Part shown: positions 44,192-52,542 of the stretch, piece by piece
Numbering within the stretch: the first letter of the stretch is position 1
How the letters are laid out: each line of letters begins with the position of its first letter
Assembly (NCBI GenBank): GCA_017517035.1
Contig: JAFXAN010000083.1
Location: 27,853 to 91,852 of the forward strand
Length of the DNA: 64,000 nucleotides
Reading direction: 5' to 3'
Origin: Clostridia bacterium
Lineage (GTDB): Bacteria; Bacillota; Clostridia; Oscillospirales; CAG-272
Position numbers and translations under genes: made by a program
Notes under the pieces: model-generated
Seen by the model: only the letters and a program-made list of their open reading frames with translations
Databases searched by the model: none
Told to the model about the DNA's origin: nothing

Positions 44192-45022
44192 TTATTTGAT
44201 GTACTTAGCAACGATACCGTCGATAGTTCCGTCTGCTGTAAGCTCAAGAATAGCAGCGTCGATCTGAGCGAGAAGCTCGGAGTTGCCCTTCTGAACGCAG
44301 ATTGCATAGTCCTCATCAGCATATGTTGATTCGAGAATTATAAGACCCTCATTTGCTGCAACATAAGCCTTTGCGGGCTCGTTATCAATGATCACGCAGT
44401 CAACATCACCGCCTGCAAGTGCAAGAACAGCCTCGTTTCCTGTCGCATACTGTGTTACTCTGTCTGTACCGAAATCGCCGGAAGCATAGGAATCACCTGT
44501 TGTGCCAAGCTGAACGCCTACCTTATATGTAGCACCCTCTGCAAAGAGATCATCAACTGTTGTGATAGCAGAGCCTTCCTTAACGATAACTACCTGAACG
44601 CCGTTAGCATAGCTGCTGGAGAAATCAACCTCAAGGAGTCTGTCCTCTGTGATTGTCATACCAGCCATACCGAAATCAACAGATCCGGACTGAACAGCTG
44701 TGATGATAGAGCTGAATTCCATATCCTCAATAACGAGAGTCTTGCCAAGCTTTGCAGCGATGGCAGCAGCGATCTCAGCGTCGATACCGACGATGTTCTC
44801 GCCCTCATAGAACTCATAGGGAGGGAATGCAGCGTTAGTAGCCATAACGATTGTGTCTGTAGCTTCGTTGTCACCTTCAGTATCAGCTGCAGTATCAGCA
44901 GAAGTGTCAACAGCAGTCTCTGTGTCTGTATCCTTTGCATCAGTGGAGCCGCTTCCGCAAGAAACGAAAGTAAAGAGCATCATGATAGCAAGAACGATAG
45001 AAAGAATTTTTGTGAATTTCAT
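44192..45022 (-). CDS. Amino-acid ABC transporter substrate-binding lipoprotein
   Basis: Lipobox LFTFVSC/GSG, then an acidic Thr/Asp-rich linker, then a type-2 PBP core (PPYEFYEG...GIDAEIAAAIA...DFGMAGMTIT). ATG 45020-45022 after GGAGG. Confidence 0.85.
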   Translation of the reverse strand: MKFTKILSIVLAIMMLFTFVSCGSGSTDAKDTDTETAVDTSADTAADTEGDNEATDTIVMATNAAFPPYEFYEGENIVGIDAEIAAAIAAKLGKTLVIEDMEFSSIITAVQSGSVDFGMAGMTITEDRLLEVDFSSSYANGVQVVIVKEGSAITTVDDLFAEGATYKVGVQLGTTGDSYASGDFGTDRVTQYATGNEAVLALAGGDVDCVIIDNEPAKAYVAANEGLIILESTYADEDYAICVQKGNSELLAQIDAAILELTADGTIDGIVAKYIK

Positions 45023-45069
45023 TTTAGAATCCTCCATTAAAATTTAATTGTGGTTTTATTGCCTGTAAG

Positions 45070-45098
45070 ATTATAACGCATATTTATGCATTTGTCAA
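45070..45098 (-). promoter_or_regulatory. Consensus sigma-A promoter of the amino-acid ABC operon
   Basis: Minus strand: TTGACA (45093-45098), 17 nt, TATAAT (45070-45075). Confidence 0.75.
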
Positions 45099-45129
45099 GT
45101 GAATTTTGAGTTTTTTTATCAATTTTATT

Positions 45130-45648
45130 CTAAATATTCAAAAAGACACGGAAATTTATCACAAAACAATGAACAAGCCACACCAGATGACAAAACAAAG
45201 CAATACCGATTGCTTTATTTATTTTATAGTATTCTTTTGCGGTCAGAAGGCAGAACAATGCTATGATGACGATATCTGTAAGAGAAATGAATATAGCTCC
45301 TGCCCTGAAAAACAGCGGATACCAAACTATATTGAATATCATCATGCAGACGAACCACAAAGATCCCTTGAATTTATAAACATCCTTCCCTGCTTTTTTG
45401 CTGCTCAGAATAAATCCAAACGAAAAGCCGAGTATGATATACCAGAATGTCCAGATACAAGAAAATACCCAGGCTCTCGGGATCTGATTTTTCATTCCGA
45501 TAAATCGAAGCATATATATCGGACTTCCGGAAAGGATTCTCGATAGAAAAGCAAAAAATAAAACTATCACTATTGAAGCTATGATAACTCTGATGTCTGC
45601 TCTTGATTTTCTGCAAGATGACAAAATTTGCTTTTTAAATTTCTTCAT
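45130..45648 (-). CDS. TspO/MBR-family (tryptophan-rich sensory protein-like) membrane protein
   Basis: 172 aa, 5 TM, with aromatic-rich motifs WVFSCIWTFWYIILGFSFG and NIVWYPLFF resembling TspO. This is a moderate-confidence family call. Confidence 0.55.
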   Translation of the reverse strand: MKKFKKQILSSCRKSRADIRVIIASIVIVLFFAFLSRILSGSPIYMLRFIGMKNQIPRAWVFSCIWTFWYIILGFSFGFILSSKKAGKDVYKFKGSLWFVCMMIFNIVWYPLFFRAGAIFISLTDIVIIALFCLLTAKEYYKINKAIGIALFCHLVWLVHCFVINFRVFLNI

Positions 45649-45650
45649 TA

Positions 45651-45685
45651 AAAATCACCCCATAGAAATTCTATGAGGTGATTTT
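45651..45685 (-). terminator. Terminator after the PBP1A gene whose 3' arm contains the TspO RBS
   Basis: Minus strand: AAAATCACCTCATAG-AATTT-CTATGGGGTGATTTT (one mismatch), followed by TAATG, the TspO start. Confidence 0.65.
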
Positions 45686-45696
45686 CACTTTTAAAA

Positions 45697-48219
45697 CTAA
45701 TCATAAACTCTTCTTCCGGAGGCGGTTATTTCTCCGCGTTTGAAAGCGTCAAAATCAAAGTGCTTCCAGCAGAATTGGTTATACTGCGTTTCAACATCGG
45801 AAGAACCGACATAGGTTCCCGAGGGAATGGTATTTATAAAGAAAGGATCTCCCCACCATCCGCCCGGCTCTGTTGTTTCGGGTAAATTTCTGTAAACATA
45901 CTGAGCATCAGTAATTCTGACCTGTTTGGGGAAGCTTCGGTCATTCACCTCGATCAGACCGACTCGAGTAATACTGTCAGAGGGACAGCAAGCACTTGCA
46001 ACGGCTCCGGAGGCTGTACAATAATCTACCATAACATGAGTTGTACAGTAAGAATTTGGCTGTGTTCCTATGGCAAAATATCCGGTTTCGGCTCTGTTTC
46101 CTCTCGGATCAGCTCTGCAGGCATCGGTCATAAGAAGTCCGGAATCCTTACAGTATGTTGCTTTTATAACAGTACTTGGAACTTCAAATTCCTTAAGCGG
46201 TTCTCCACCGTTTGCCGCAGCGTCAATATATCCCTGGTGCAGCTTTGTCATAACAGTATCCCAGAGCGAAACGCAAGGATTGCTCTTAAGACTTGAGAGG
46301 GATTTCGGGTATTCATAACCGTACCAAACACCGCCGATATAATAAGGAGTATAACCGATGAACCATCTGTCGTAGTCATCGCTTGTTGTACCGGTTTTTC
46401 CTGCGCAGTTTACTGTTTTACGAAGCGTTACAGCTTTTGCTGTACCGTTATTTACTACATTTGAGAGCATTTTTGTCATTACAGCGGCATTTTCTTCGCT
46501 GAAAACTATATTGCCCGGGTCTTCATTTGAAAGAAGAACCTCGCCATCGGCTGTTGTGACCTTAAGATATGAATGTGCGGAATTGAATACTCCGTTATTT
46601 GCAAAAGCAGTATAGGCTGCTGTGATCTCACGAACGGTAACACCGTATGTGAACTGTCCGAGGGCGAGTGGAGCGGGAGCGATATCAGAAAGTATCTGAC
46701 CGTTAGAAAGCTCAACAAGCTCAAGAAGGCTCTTCATTCCAAGCTTATCACGGCAAAATTCAAATGATTCTCTGAGACCGACATCCTCAAGCACTTTGAC
46801 AGCAATAGTATTTACCGAACGTTCGATAGCACTGTTTATATTTGTAAGTCCTCCATATACATCGGGGAGGTTATGAGGCCATGGTGAAGAATTATCCTCT
46901 CTGAAATTTACGGGGGTATCATCATATACGGTTGCATATGTGATAAGTCCGTTTTCGAGAGCTGGACCGTAGACCGAAACAGGCTTTGTTGATGAACCTG
47001 CCGGGCGCACAGTATCTGTTGCAAAATTCTGAATACGGTTTCCCTTTTTCTCACCCTTTGCGCCAGCAACTCCGAGGATGTCGCCTGTATGGGGATCAAT
47101 AATTATCATTGAAGATTGAGCAGGCATACCGCTGGTATGCTCGGGAAAATATTCATCGCTGAGATAAACTTCATCAAGAACGCTCTGAACACCGGGATCC
47201 ATGCAGGTATAAATCTTAAGACCGCCTGAATAAACGAGCAGGTTTGCCGCCTGGTAGGTATATCCCTTTGCGACGAGGTCATCAATCACATCGTTTATGA
47301 CCATATCTGTATACCACGAATTGATATTGGTATTACCCTTATCGGATGTGTTGAGATTAAAAACAGGCTCTTCATCCCAAAGCTCGTTCATTGTTTCCTC
47401 GCTGATAAGACCTTCTTCGCTCATTTTCCATAGAATCGTCTGTCTGCGTTCCTTGTTATGCTCGGGGAATCTAATGGGATTATAATATGAAGGGTTGTTT
47501 GTTATTGCTGCGATGCAAGCACATTCGAGCAGCGTCAGCTCACTGACATCCTTACCAAAATAGGTATTGGCTGCTGCCTGAACACCGTAGCAGTTCTGCG
47601 AAAGGTTGATAACATTCAGATAAAGTGTCAGAATATCTTCCTTCGATTTCTTGCTTTCAAGGTCGAGTGCCCAGAATATCTCCTGAATCTTTCGCTGGAT
47701 CTTGTAATCATCCTCGCCCGTGATATTCTTTATGAGCTGCTGTGTAATGGTTGATGCTCCGAATTTTTTCTTGATCGGAATAATAAAGTTTACACCCGCA
47801 CCAACGGTTCTGTACCAGTCAACGCCTTTATGATCCCAAAAACGCTCATCCTCGATTGCGACAAATGCATTGATCAGATCTTTTGGGATCTGCGAATACG
47901 GAACAAATATACTGTTTGATCCGCCGTAAAGACGCGCATCCTCGATCTCGATTGCTTCACCGATTCTGTTTTCTCTGTCGGTAAAGTCATAGTAATAGAG
48001 CTTGGTTGTGGTATTGGTGGTATTTAGCTCGAATTTTGTTTCGTCCACCTCAATGTCGATGTTATTTTTCACGTAGATTGCAAATGCACTTCCGACAATT
48101 ATTGCGGTAATAATACCAACCAGCATAATTGTTAGAAAAGAGTTCAGAATAAATATCAGTATCCTACCGGCTAAACTTCTTTTCTTTCTTGGTTTTGCGC
48201 TTTTATCCTTATTTTTCAA
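45697..48219 (-). CDS. Class A penicillin-binding protein (PBP1A; transglycosylase + transpeptidase)
   Basis: EDERFWDHKGVD, RKIQE (GT51), GSSTKP (SxxK), KTGTT. I prefer the TTG start at 48217-48219 (AAAGGAG 7 nt upstream), because ATG 48276 lies upstream of the likely -10 box (TATAAT, 48265-48270 minus). Confidence 0.85.
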   Translation of the reverse strand: MKNKDKSAKPRKKRSLAGRILIFILNSFLTIMLVGIITAIIVGSAFAIYVKNNIDIEVDETKFELNTTNTTTKLYYYDFTDRENRIGEAIEIEDARLYGGSNSIFVPYSQIPKDLINAFVAIEDERFWDHKGVDWYRTVGAGVNFIIPIKKKFGASTITQQLIKNITGEDDYKIQRKIQEIFWALDLESKKSKEDILTLYLNVINLSQNCYGVQAAANTYFGKDVSELTLLECACIAAITNNPSYYNPIRFPEHNKERRQTILWKMSEEGLISEETMNELWDEEPVFNLNTSDKGNTNINSWYTDMVINDVIDDLVAKGYTYQAANLLVYSGGLKIYTCMDPGVQSVLDEVYLSDEYFPEHTSGMPAQSSMIIIDPHTGDILGVAGAKGEKKGNRIQNFATDTVRPAGSSTKPVSVYGPALENGLITYATVYDDTPVNFREDNSSPWPHNLPDVYGGLTNINSAIERSVNTIAVKVLEDVGLRESFEFCRDKLGMKSLLELVELSNGQILSDIAPAPLALGQFTYGVTVREITAAYTAFANNGVFNSAHSYLKVTTADGEVLLSNEDPGNIVFSEENAAVMTKMLSNVVNNGTAKAVTLRKTVNCAGKTGTTSDDYDRWFIGYTPYYIGGVWYGYEYPKSLSSLKSNPCVSLWDTVMTKLHQGYIDAAANGGEPLKEFEVPSTVIKATYCKDSGLLMTDACRADPRGNRAETGYFAIGTQPNSYCTTHVMVDYCTASGAVASACCPSDSITRVGLIEVNDRSFPKQVRITDAQYVYRNLPETTEPGGWWGDPFFINTIPSGTYVGSSDVETQYNQFCWKHFDFDAFKRGEITASGRRVYD

Positions 48220-48353
48220 GTTTTTTCTCCTTTCAAGGGCATATGAAAGCAAATATATGGTAATATTATACACCATTTTTTTGAATATATTATGAATTCA
48301 CGGTAATAATAAAATCAACAAAACATTTTTTAACATTCTGTGGGGTAAAAGAT

Positions 48354-48713
48354 ATGAAAAAAATTATAATTTATGTAATTGCAGCTTTGAGCGTATTCTT
48401 GGCATTTTTCTCTATTTCTTTTTCACTTGAAAATACGATGAAATATAACCGATTGAGCGCAAGCTCAGCAAATCAGCTCTCAAATATAAAAACGAGACTA
48501 ACGAGACTTGAGGAGAAAGACGAGTGCTTTGTCGTACTTATTGAAAGTAACGGTATTATTGGGATTTTCGACAGTGAGAGAAGATATCTTCTCGGAACTA
48601 TTAATGTGGATGTGAAAACGCTTCCCGAAGCTGACCGCAGAAGGCTGCTCGAAGGTATTGAGGTCAAGGATTCGGCAAAATTCATTTCACTTTTCGAAGA
48701 TTATTCAAGTTGA
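48354..48713 (+). CDS. Small membrane-anchored hypothetical protein (possibly BofC-C-terminal-like)
   Basis: 119 aa with an N-terminal TM. IGIFD...LPEADRRRLLEGIEV...LFEDYSS resembles what I recall of BofC-type domains. This is a weak call. Confidence 0.5.
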   Translation: MKKIIIYVIAALSVFLAFFSISFSLENTMKYNRLSASSANQLSNIKTRLTRLEEKDECFVVLIESNGIIGIFDSERRYLLGTINVDVKTLPEADRRRLLEGIEVKDSAKFISLFEDYSS

Positions 48714-48724
48714 ATATGTTTTTT

Positions 48725-48747
48725 GGGGTTGCAGATAATGCAACCCC
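48725..48747. terminator. Hairpin between convergent genes
   Basis: GGGGTTGCA-GATAA-TGCAACCCC, with the T-run on the 5' side only. Confidence 0.4.
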
Positions 48748-48752
48748 ATAAT

Positions 48753-49613
48753 TTATGCGTCAGCAAGCATTTTTTCAAAAAGCTGGAGCTTATTCTGCGA
48801 AACCTCGTAAGCCCCTTTATAGTCTTCGGTTTCCTTACAACTCTTTTCAAGGTCATCAAGAATAAAATAGATTATCGGCTTAGGCAAGCTGTTATCTTCG
48901 CAAATTTGAGACAGAAGACCGATCGCAGCTTCATAGTTACCGTTATCTACCATATCTATTGCTACGAGGGCATGATGATAGTTAACATTGCTCCATTCAA
49001 GATCTTTGTATGATTTTATTCCCATAAGGCAATCAGAAAACTTGCAAATGTCGCATAAGCATACGGATGCACTGCCGCTGTCCGGCACATCAATTGTTAA
49101 AGTCGGTGAAATCTTCGACATAAACTCAACTTGTGTTTTTATACAAGAAACGATACTGCCGACATCGAATACTGTGAGGGCTGAATATTCAAGTGCTTCC
49201 TCAAACATTTTTGCCGCCTTTTTCAGCTCTCCGTGATAAAAACCGGAGCAACCGATGTGATACGCCGCATATGCAAGCATATATGTTATTTCATTATCCG
49301 AACCGTCAGCATAACAGGAAAGACATAGATCCCGGCAGATTTCCCATTCTTCACTTTTAAAAGAGCTTATGATGTTGGGATAATTTGCGTATTTTTTATA
49401 GTACATTTCGTTGGCATCGCCGTCTGAAAGAAGATATCCGGGCTGAACACCGAGACGGTTAGCCAGATATATAAGGCTTTGAAGGGATGGGAGAGCTGCT
49501 CCGTTTTCTATTCTGCTAAGCATATTTCTTGTTATAACATCGCCCGCAAGCTCTTTTTGCGTCATCAGCTTCGATGTGCGTAAATTTTTGATTTTTTCTC
49601 CGATATTCATCAT
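48753..49613 (-). CDS. XRE-family HTH regulator with helical (TPR-like) Cys-rich C-terminal domain
   Basis: IGEKIKNLRTSKLMTQKELAGDVITRNMLSRIENGAALPSLQSLIYLANRLGV (HTH_XRE). 286 aa with 11 Cys, including VCLCDICKFSDC. The ATG overlaps the upstream stop (ATGA). Confidence 0.8.
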   Translation of the reverse strand: MMNIGEKIKNLRTSKLMTQKELAGDVITRNMLSRIENGAALPSLQSLIYLANRLGVQPGYLLSDGDANEMYYKKYANYPNIISSFKSEEWEICRDLCLSCYADGSDNEITYMLAYAAYHIGCSGFYHGELKKAAKMFEEALEYSALTVFDVGSIVSCIKTQVEFMSKISPTLTIDVPDSGSASVCLCDICKFSDCLMGIKSYKDLEWSNVNYHHALVAIDMVDNGNYEAAIGLLSQICEDNSLPKPIIYFILDDLEKSCKETEDYKGAYEVSQNKLQLFEKMLADA

Positions 49614-50140
49614 TTAAAAATGCTTTTGCCCTCGGAATCTATTCCGACGATCAAAGCAAAATCCTCAATTTCCATTTTTTTAACCGATTCACAGCCAAGC
49701 TCGGGGAATGCGATCACATCACATTTTTTTATCGATTTTGAGGCGAGTGCTCCTGCACCTCCGATGGCACAAAAATATATAGCACCATGCGCCTTCATAG
49801 CGTTTATAACATCATTATTTCTCTGCCCCTTGCCGATCATAGCCACAAGCCCGTTTTCTATCAAACGGGGCGAAAAGGAATCCATTCTCGATGATGTTGT
49901 GGGACCGCAGGAACCGACAGCCATGCCATTCTTTGCAGGTGTGGGACCAGCAAAATAGATAACCGCATCACGAAGCTCGAACGGCAACGTTTCGCCTTTG
50001 TCCATAAGCGCAAAAATTCTTTTGTGCGCCGCATCTCTTGCTGTGTATATCGTGCCCGAAAGCAGAACAGAATCACCTGCATGGAGATTCCCAAGCTCAT
50101 CTCTGAGCTGATTTGTATGAATTTTCTTAATATTGCTCAT
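49610..50140 (-). CDS. Fe-S hydro-lyase beta subunit (FumA C-terminal / TtdB family), no alpha partner nearby
   Basis: GDSVLLSGTIYTARDAAHKR, YFAGPTP, GSCGPTTSSRMD, IGKGQR. Confidence 0.8.
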   Translation of the reverse strand: MSNIKKIHTNQLRDELGNLHAGDSVLLSGTIYTARDAAHKRIFALMDKGETLPFELRDAVIYFAGPTPAKNGMAVGSCGPTTSSRMDSFSPRLIENGLVAMIGKGQRNNDVINAMKAHGAIYFCAIGGAGALASKSIKKCDVIAFPELGCESVKKMEIEDFALIVGIDSEGKSIFK

Positions 50141-51045
50141 TATTTTCTGATTCGCTTAACCTGTTCCGGTGTTGCTTTCTTTTGCTCCGAGGATGAAGTG
50201 CTTTTTATACCGTTCAGATCCTCCTTGACCCCGCGCCAAATCGAATCCTCATAGCTTTTTATTTTGATTTCGGAATTTCCGGCTTTGCTTCGGATGTCCT
50301 CAAGGGCTTTTTCGATCACACTATATGTATAAGAAGTGACGGCTGAAACATCTCTTCGGCATTCAGCGGCAGCAAGCGACACCTTTGAAAAAATACTTTC
50401 TATGGCTCTCTTTGAAGTTTCTTCAATATTCCTTCGTTTTTCTTCAAGCTCTTTTTCCGCCTTCACTTCAAGCAGACGGGCTTCTTCCCGTGCCGCAGAA
50501 ATGATCTCCTCTGCAGTGTTTTTTGCCGAAATCAAGGTTTCGCCTATGCTGTTTGAGGTTTTATCATATTGAGCCGCTTTTTTCACAAGCTCATCGTATT
50601 TTTCTTTTGTTATCTCAATTTCGGAACTTTGATTTTTAAGTTCTTCGATTTCTGCTTTTAGTGCTTCTATTTCTTCGAACTGCTTTGCGATGATAGCTTC
50701 CTGTCTATCAAAATCTTCCTTTGATATTGCTTCATTCTCGGGTGTTATTTCGGAATTGGTTTGAATAGAAATACTGTCTTCAAGAAGCTTCTTTTCATCG
50801 GTCAGTTTTGCTATCTCGGCATCCTTTTCGGCAATTATATTCTTTGCATTTTCAAGCTCTGCCTCTGCGGCTTCAATTCTATTTATGTATTCATTTACTT
50901 CGTTTTCGGCTCTTTCAACTCTTTCGCTTGCAGCCGCTTCCCTCTCCAAAAGCTCAGCGGAGGAACGAACAAGATAATTGTTGACATCACTCTTGTTATA
51001 TCCACCAATAGCGCTTCTGAAAACTACATTCTTAATATCGGACAT
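50140..51045 (-). CDS. DivIVA-domain coiled-coil protein
   Basis: The N-terminus FRSAIGGYNKSDVNNYL fits the DivIVA motif, followed by ~250 aa of Glu/Lys/Ala-rich heptad-like sequence. GGAGG RBS. Confidence 0.75.
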   Translation of the reverse strand: MSDIKNVVFRSAIGGYNKSDVNNYLVRSSAELLEREAAASERVERAENEVNEYINRIEAAEAELENAKNIIAEKDAEIAKLTDEKKLLEDSISIQTNSEITPENEAISKEDFDRQEAIIAKQFEEIEALKAEIEELKNQSSEIEITKEKYDELVKKAAQYDKTSNSIGETLISAKNTAEEIISAAREEARLLEVKAEKELEEKRRNIEETSKRAIESIFSKVSLAAAECRRDVSAVTSYTYSVIEKALEDIRSKAGNSEIKIKSYEDSIWRGVKEDLNGIKSTSSSEQKKATPEQVKRIRK

Positions 51046-51083
51046 TTTTCATCCTCCAATCGGTTTTTATGACCATTCAATAT

Positions 51084-51112
51084 ATAATAACACATTTTTT
51101 TGAAATAATCAA
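51084..51112 (-). promoter_or_regulatory. Sigma-A-type promoter of the DivIVA/beta-subunit/XRE operon
   Basis: Minus strand: TTGATT (51107-51112), 17 nt, TGT-TATTAT (51084-51092). Confidence 0.55.
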
Positions 51113-51142
51113 TCACTTTTTTCGATATTTTGACATTTTCTC

Positions 51143-51171
51143 TTTACGAAAGGAATTTTTTGTGGTATAAT
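51143..51171 (+). promoter_or_regulatory. Extended -10 promoter candidate for xpt
   Basis: TTTACG (51143-51148), 17 nt, TGG-TATAAT (51163-51171). This leaves only a ~30-nt leader. Confidence 0.5.
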
Positions 51172-51205
51172 TGAAAAAAGTCAGACACTTTTGGAGGAAA
51201 AACAA

Positions 51206-51784
51206 ATGGAATTACTTGAAAAAAAGATACTTGAATGCGGTGAGCTTCGCGACGGCGGTATATTGAAGGTTGACAGTTTTCTCAATCATCAGATAGATAT
51301 TGAACTTATGATCGAGATAGGCAAAGAATTCGCAAAGCTTTTTGCTGATAAAAAAGTTAATAAAATCCTTACGATTGAGGCTTCAGGCATTGCTATTGCT
51401 TCTATTACTGCACAATTTTTCGGAAATGTTCCCGTTGTTTTTGCAAAAAAGACCGAATCTCTCAATCTCAGCGGTGATGTTTATTCAACCGATATCCATT
51501 CATATACGAAAAATAAGGACTACACAGCCAGAATTGACAAAAAATACATAAACGAAAATGACCGTGTCCTTATCATCGACGATTTCCTTGCTAACGGTGA
51601 GGCTGCAATGGGACTTATGCGTCTTGTGAAAATGGCAGGCGCTGAGGTTTCGGGTGTTGGAATTTGCATAGAAAAAGCATTCCAGCGCGGCGGCAATCTG
51701 ATAAGAGAAAACGGAACTTCTCTTCATTCCCTTGCCATTGTTGATGTAAAAGAAGACGGATCCATTTCATTCCTCAGAAAATGA
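51206..51784 (+). CDS. xpt: Xanthine phosphoribosyltransferase
   Basis: MELLEKKILECG...LKVDSFLNHQID...ILTIEASGIA...VLIIDDFLANGEA. ATG 51206 after GGAGG. Confidence 0.9.
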   Translation: MELLEKKILECGELRDGGILKVDSFLNHQIDIELMIEIGKEFAKLFADKKVNKILTIEASGIAIASITAQFFGNVPVVFAKKTESLNLSGDVYSTDIHSYTKNKDYTARIDKKYINENDRVLIIDDFLANGEAAMGLMRLVKMAGAEVSGVGICIEKAFQRGGNLIRENGTSLHSLAIVDVKEDGSISFLRK

Positions 51785-52542
51785 GTTCAAATATTTTAAA
51801 GCTCATCGCTTGCTTTACGATGCTTCTCGATCATATAGGCTATATGATGATGGCAAGCGGTGTTGGAGATTACAATGTTGCATTGATTCTGAGACTGGTG
51901 GGCAGAATTTCTTTCCCGATTTTTGCTTTCCTTATAGCAGAAGGGTTTAAGCACACAAAAAATGTCGTGTTTTATGCCGCAAGGCTGTTTCTTGCGGGAA
52001 TCATATCTGAGATTCCGTATAATCTTTGCTTTCACGGCAAATTAGTATACAGAGGCTCTTTGAATGTGATGTTTACCTTCACCATTGCGCTCATAATGCT
52101 GATTTTTTCCGATATGTGCATCAAATCATCAAAAAAAGAGATAAGATTTTTGTTCATCTTACCTCTGTTCTCTGCTTGCTATTTTGCCGAAAGCTTTTCG
52201 GTCGATTATGGTTATTTTGCTATATTGTTAATTTTCCTGCTTTACATTATTGATTCAAATCAGGTTTCCAAAAAAATACTTTTGCTTCCTGTTTTGCTCA
52301 TGTTTGCCGCAAGATATATAATTTCGGCCTTTATCGAAGGAAATACCGCTTCTCTCTGGCACCATCAGCAGCTGTATGCGACGCTCGCATTCGTTCCTTT
52401 GGTTCTTTATAACGGCAAAGGCGGTTCATCCGGAAAATCAAAAGGTGCTCGAAAGCTGAAACAGTATCTTTTCTATCTGTTCTATCCCGCACACCTTTTG
52501 GCTTTGTATTTTGTTTTTAAACTGCTTGTGAATTTCAGATGA
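51781..52542 (+). CDS. TraX-family membrane protein
   Basis: LKLIACFTMLLDHIGY...RISFPIFAFLIAEGFKHT is the TraX family pattern. ATGA overlap with the xpt stop. Confidence 0.7.
   Translation: MSSNILKLIACFTMLLDHIGYMMMASGVGDYNVALILRLVGRISFPIFAFLIAEGFKHTKNVVFYAARLFLAGIISEIPYNLCFHGKLVYRGSLNVMFTFTIALIMLIFSDMCIKSSKKEIRFLFILPLFSACYFAESFSVDYGYFAILLIFLLYIIDSNQVSKKILLLPVLLMFAARYIISAFIEGNTASLWHHQQLYATLAFVPLVLYNGKGGSSGKSKGARKLKQYLFYLFYPAHLLALYFVFKLLVNFR

Noticed and set aside
51046-51205. Purine (guanine) riboswitch expected upstream of xpt
   Set aside because: The leader after the TGGTATAAT promoter is only ~30 nt. I could not find the conserved riboswitch core (UAUAAUCG...GGAUAUGG...UUUCUACC...CCGACUA-like elements).
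52535-52542. 8-nt 3'-end overlap of the convergent traX-like and M14 peptidase genes as a regulatory feature
   Set aside because: No convincing hairpin or conserved element is associated with it. It is most simply explained as compact gene packing.
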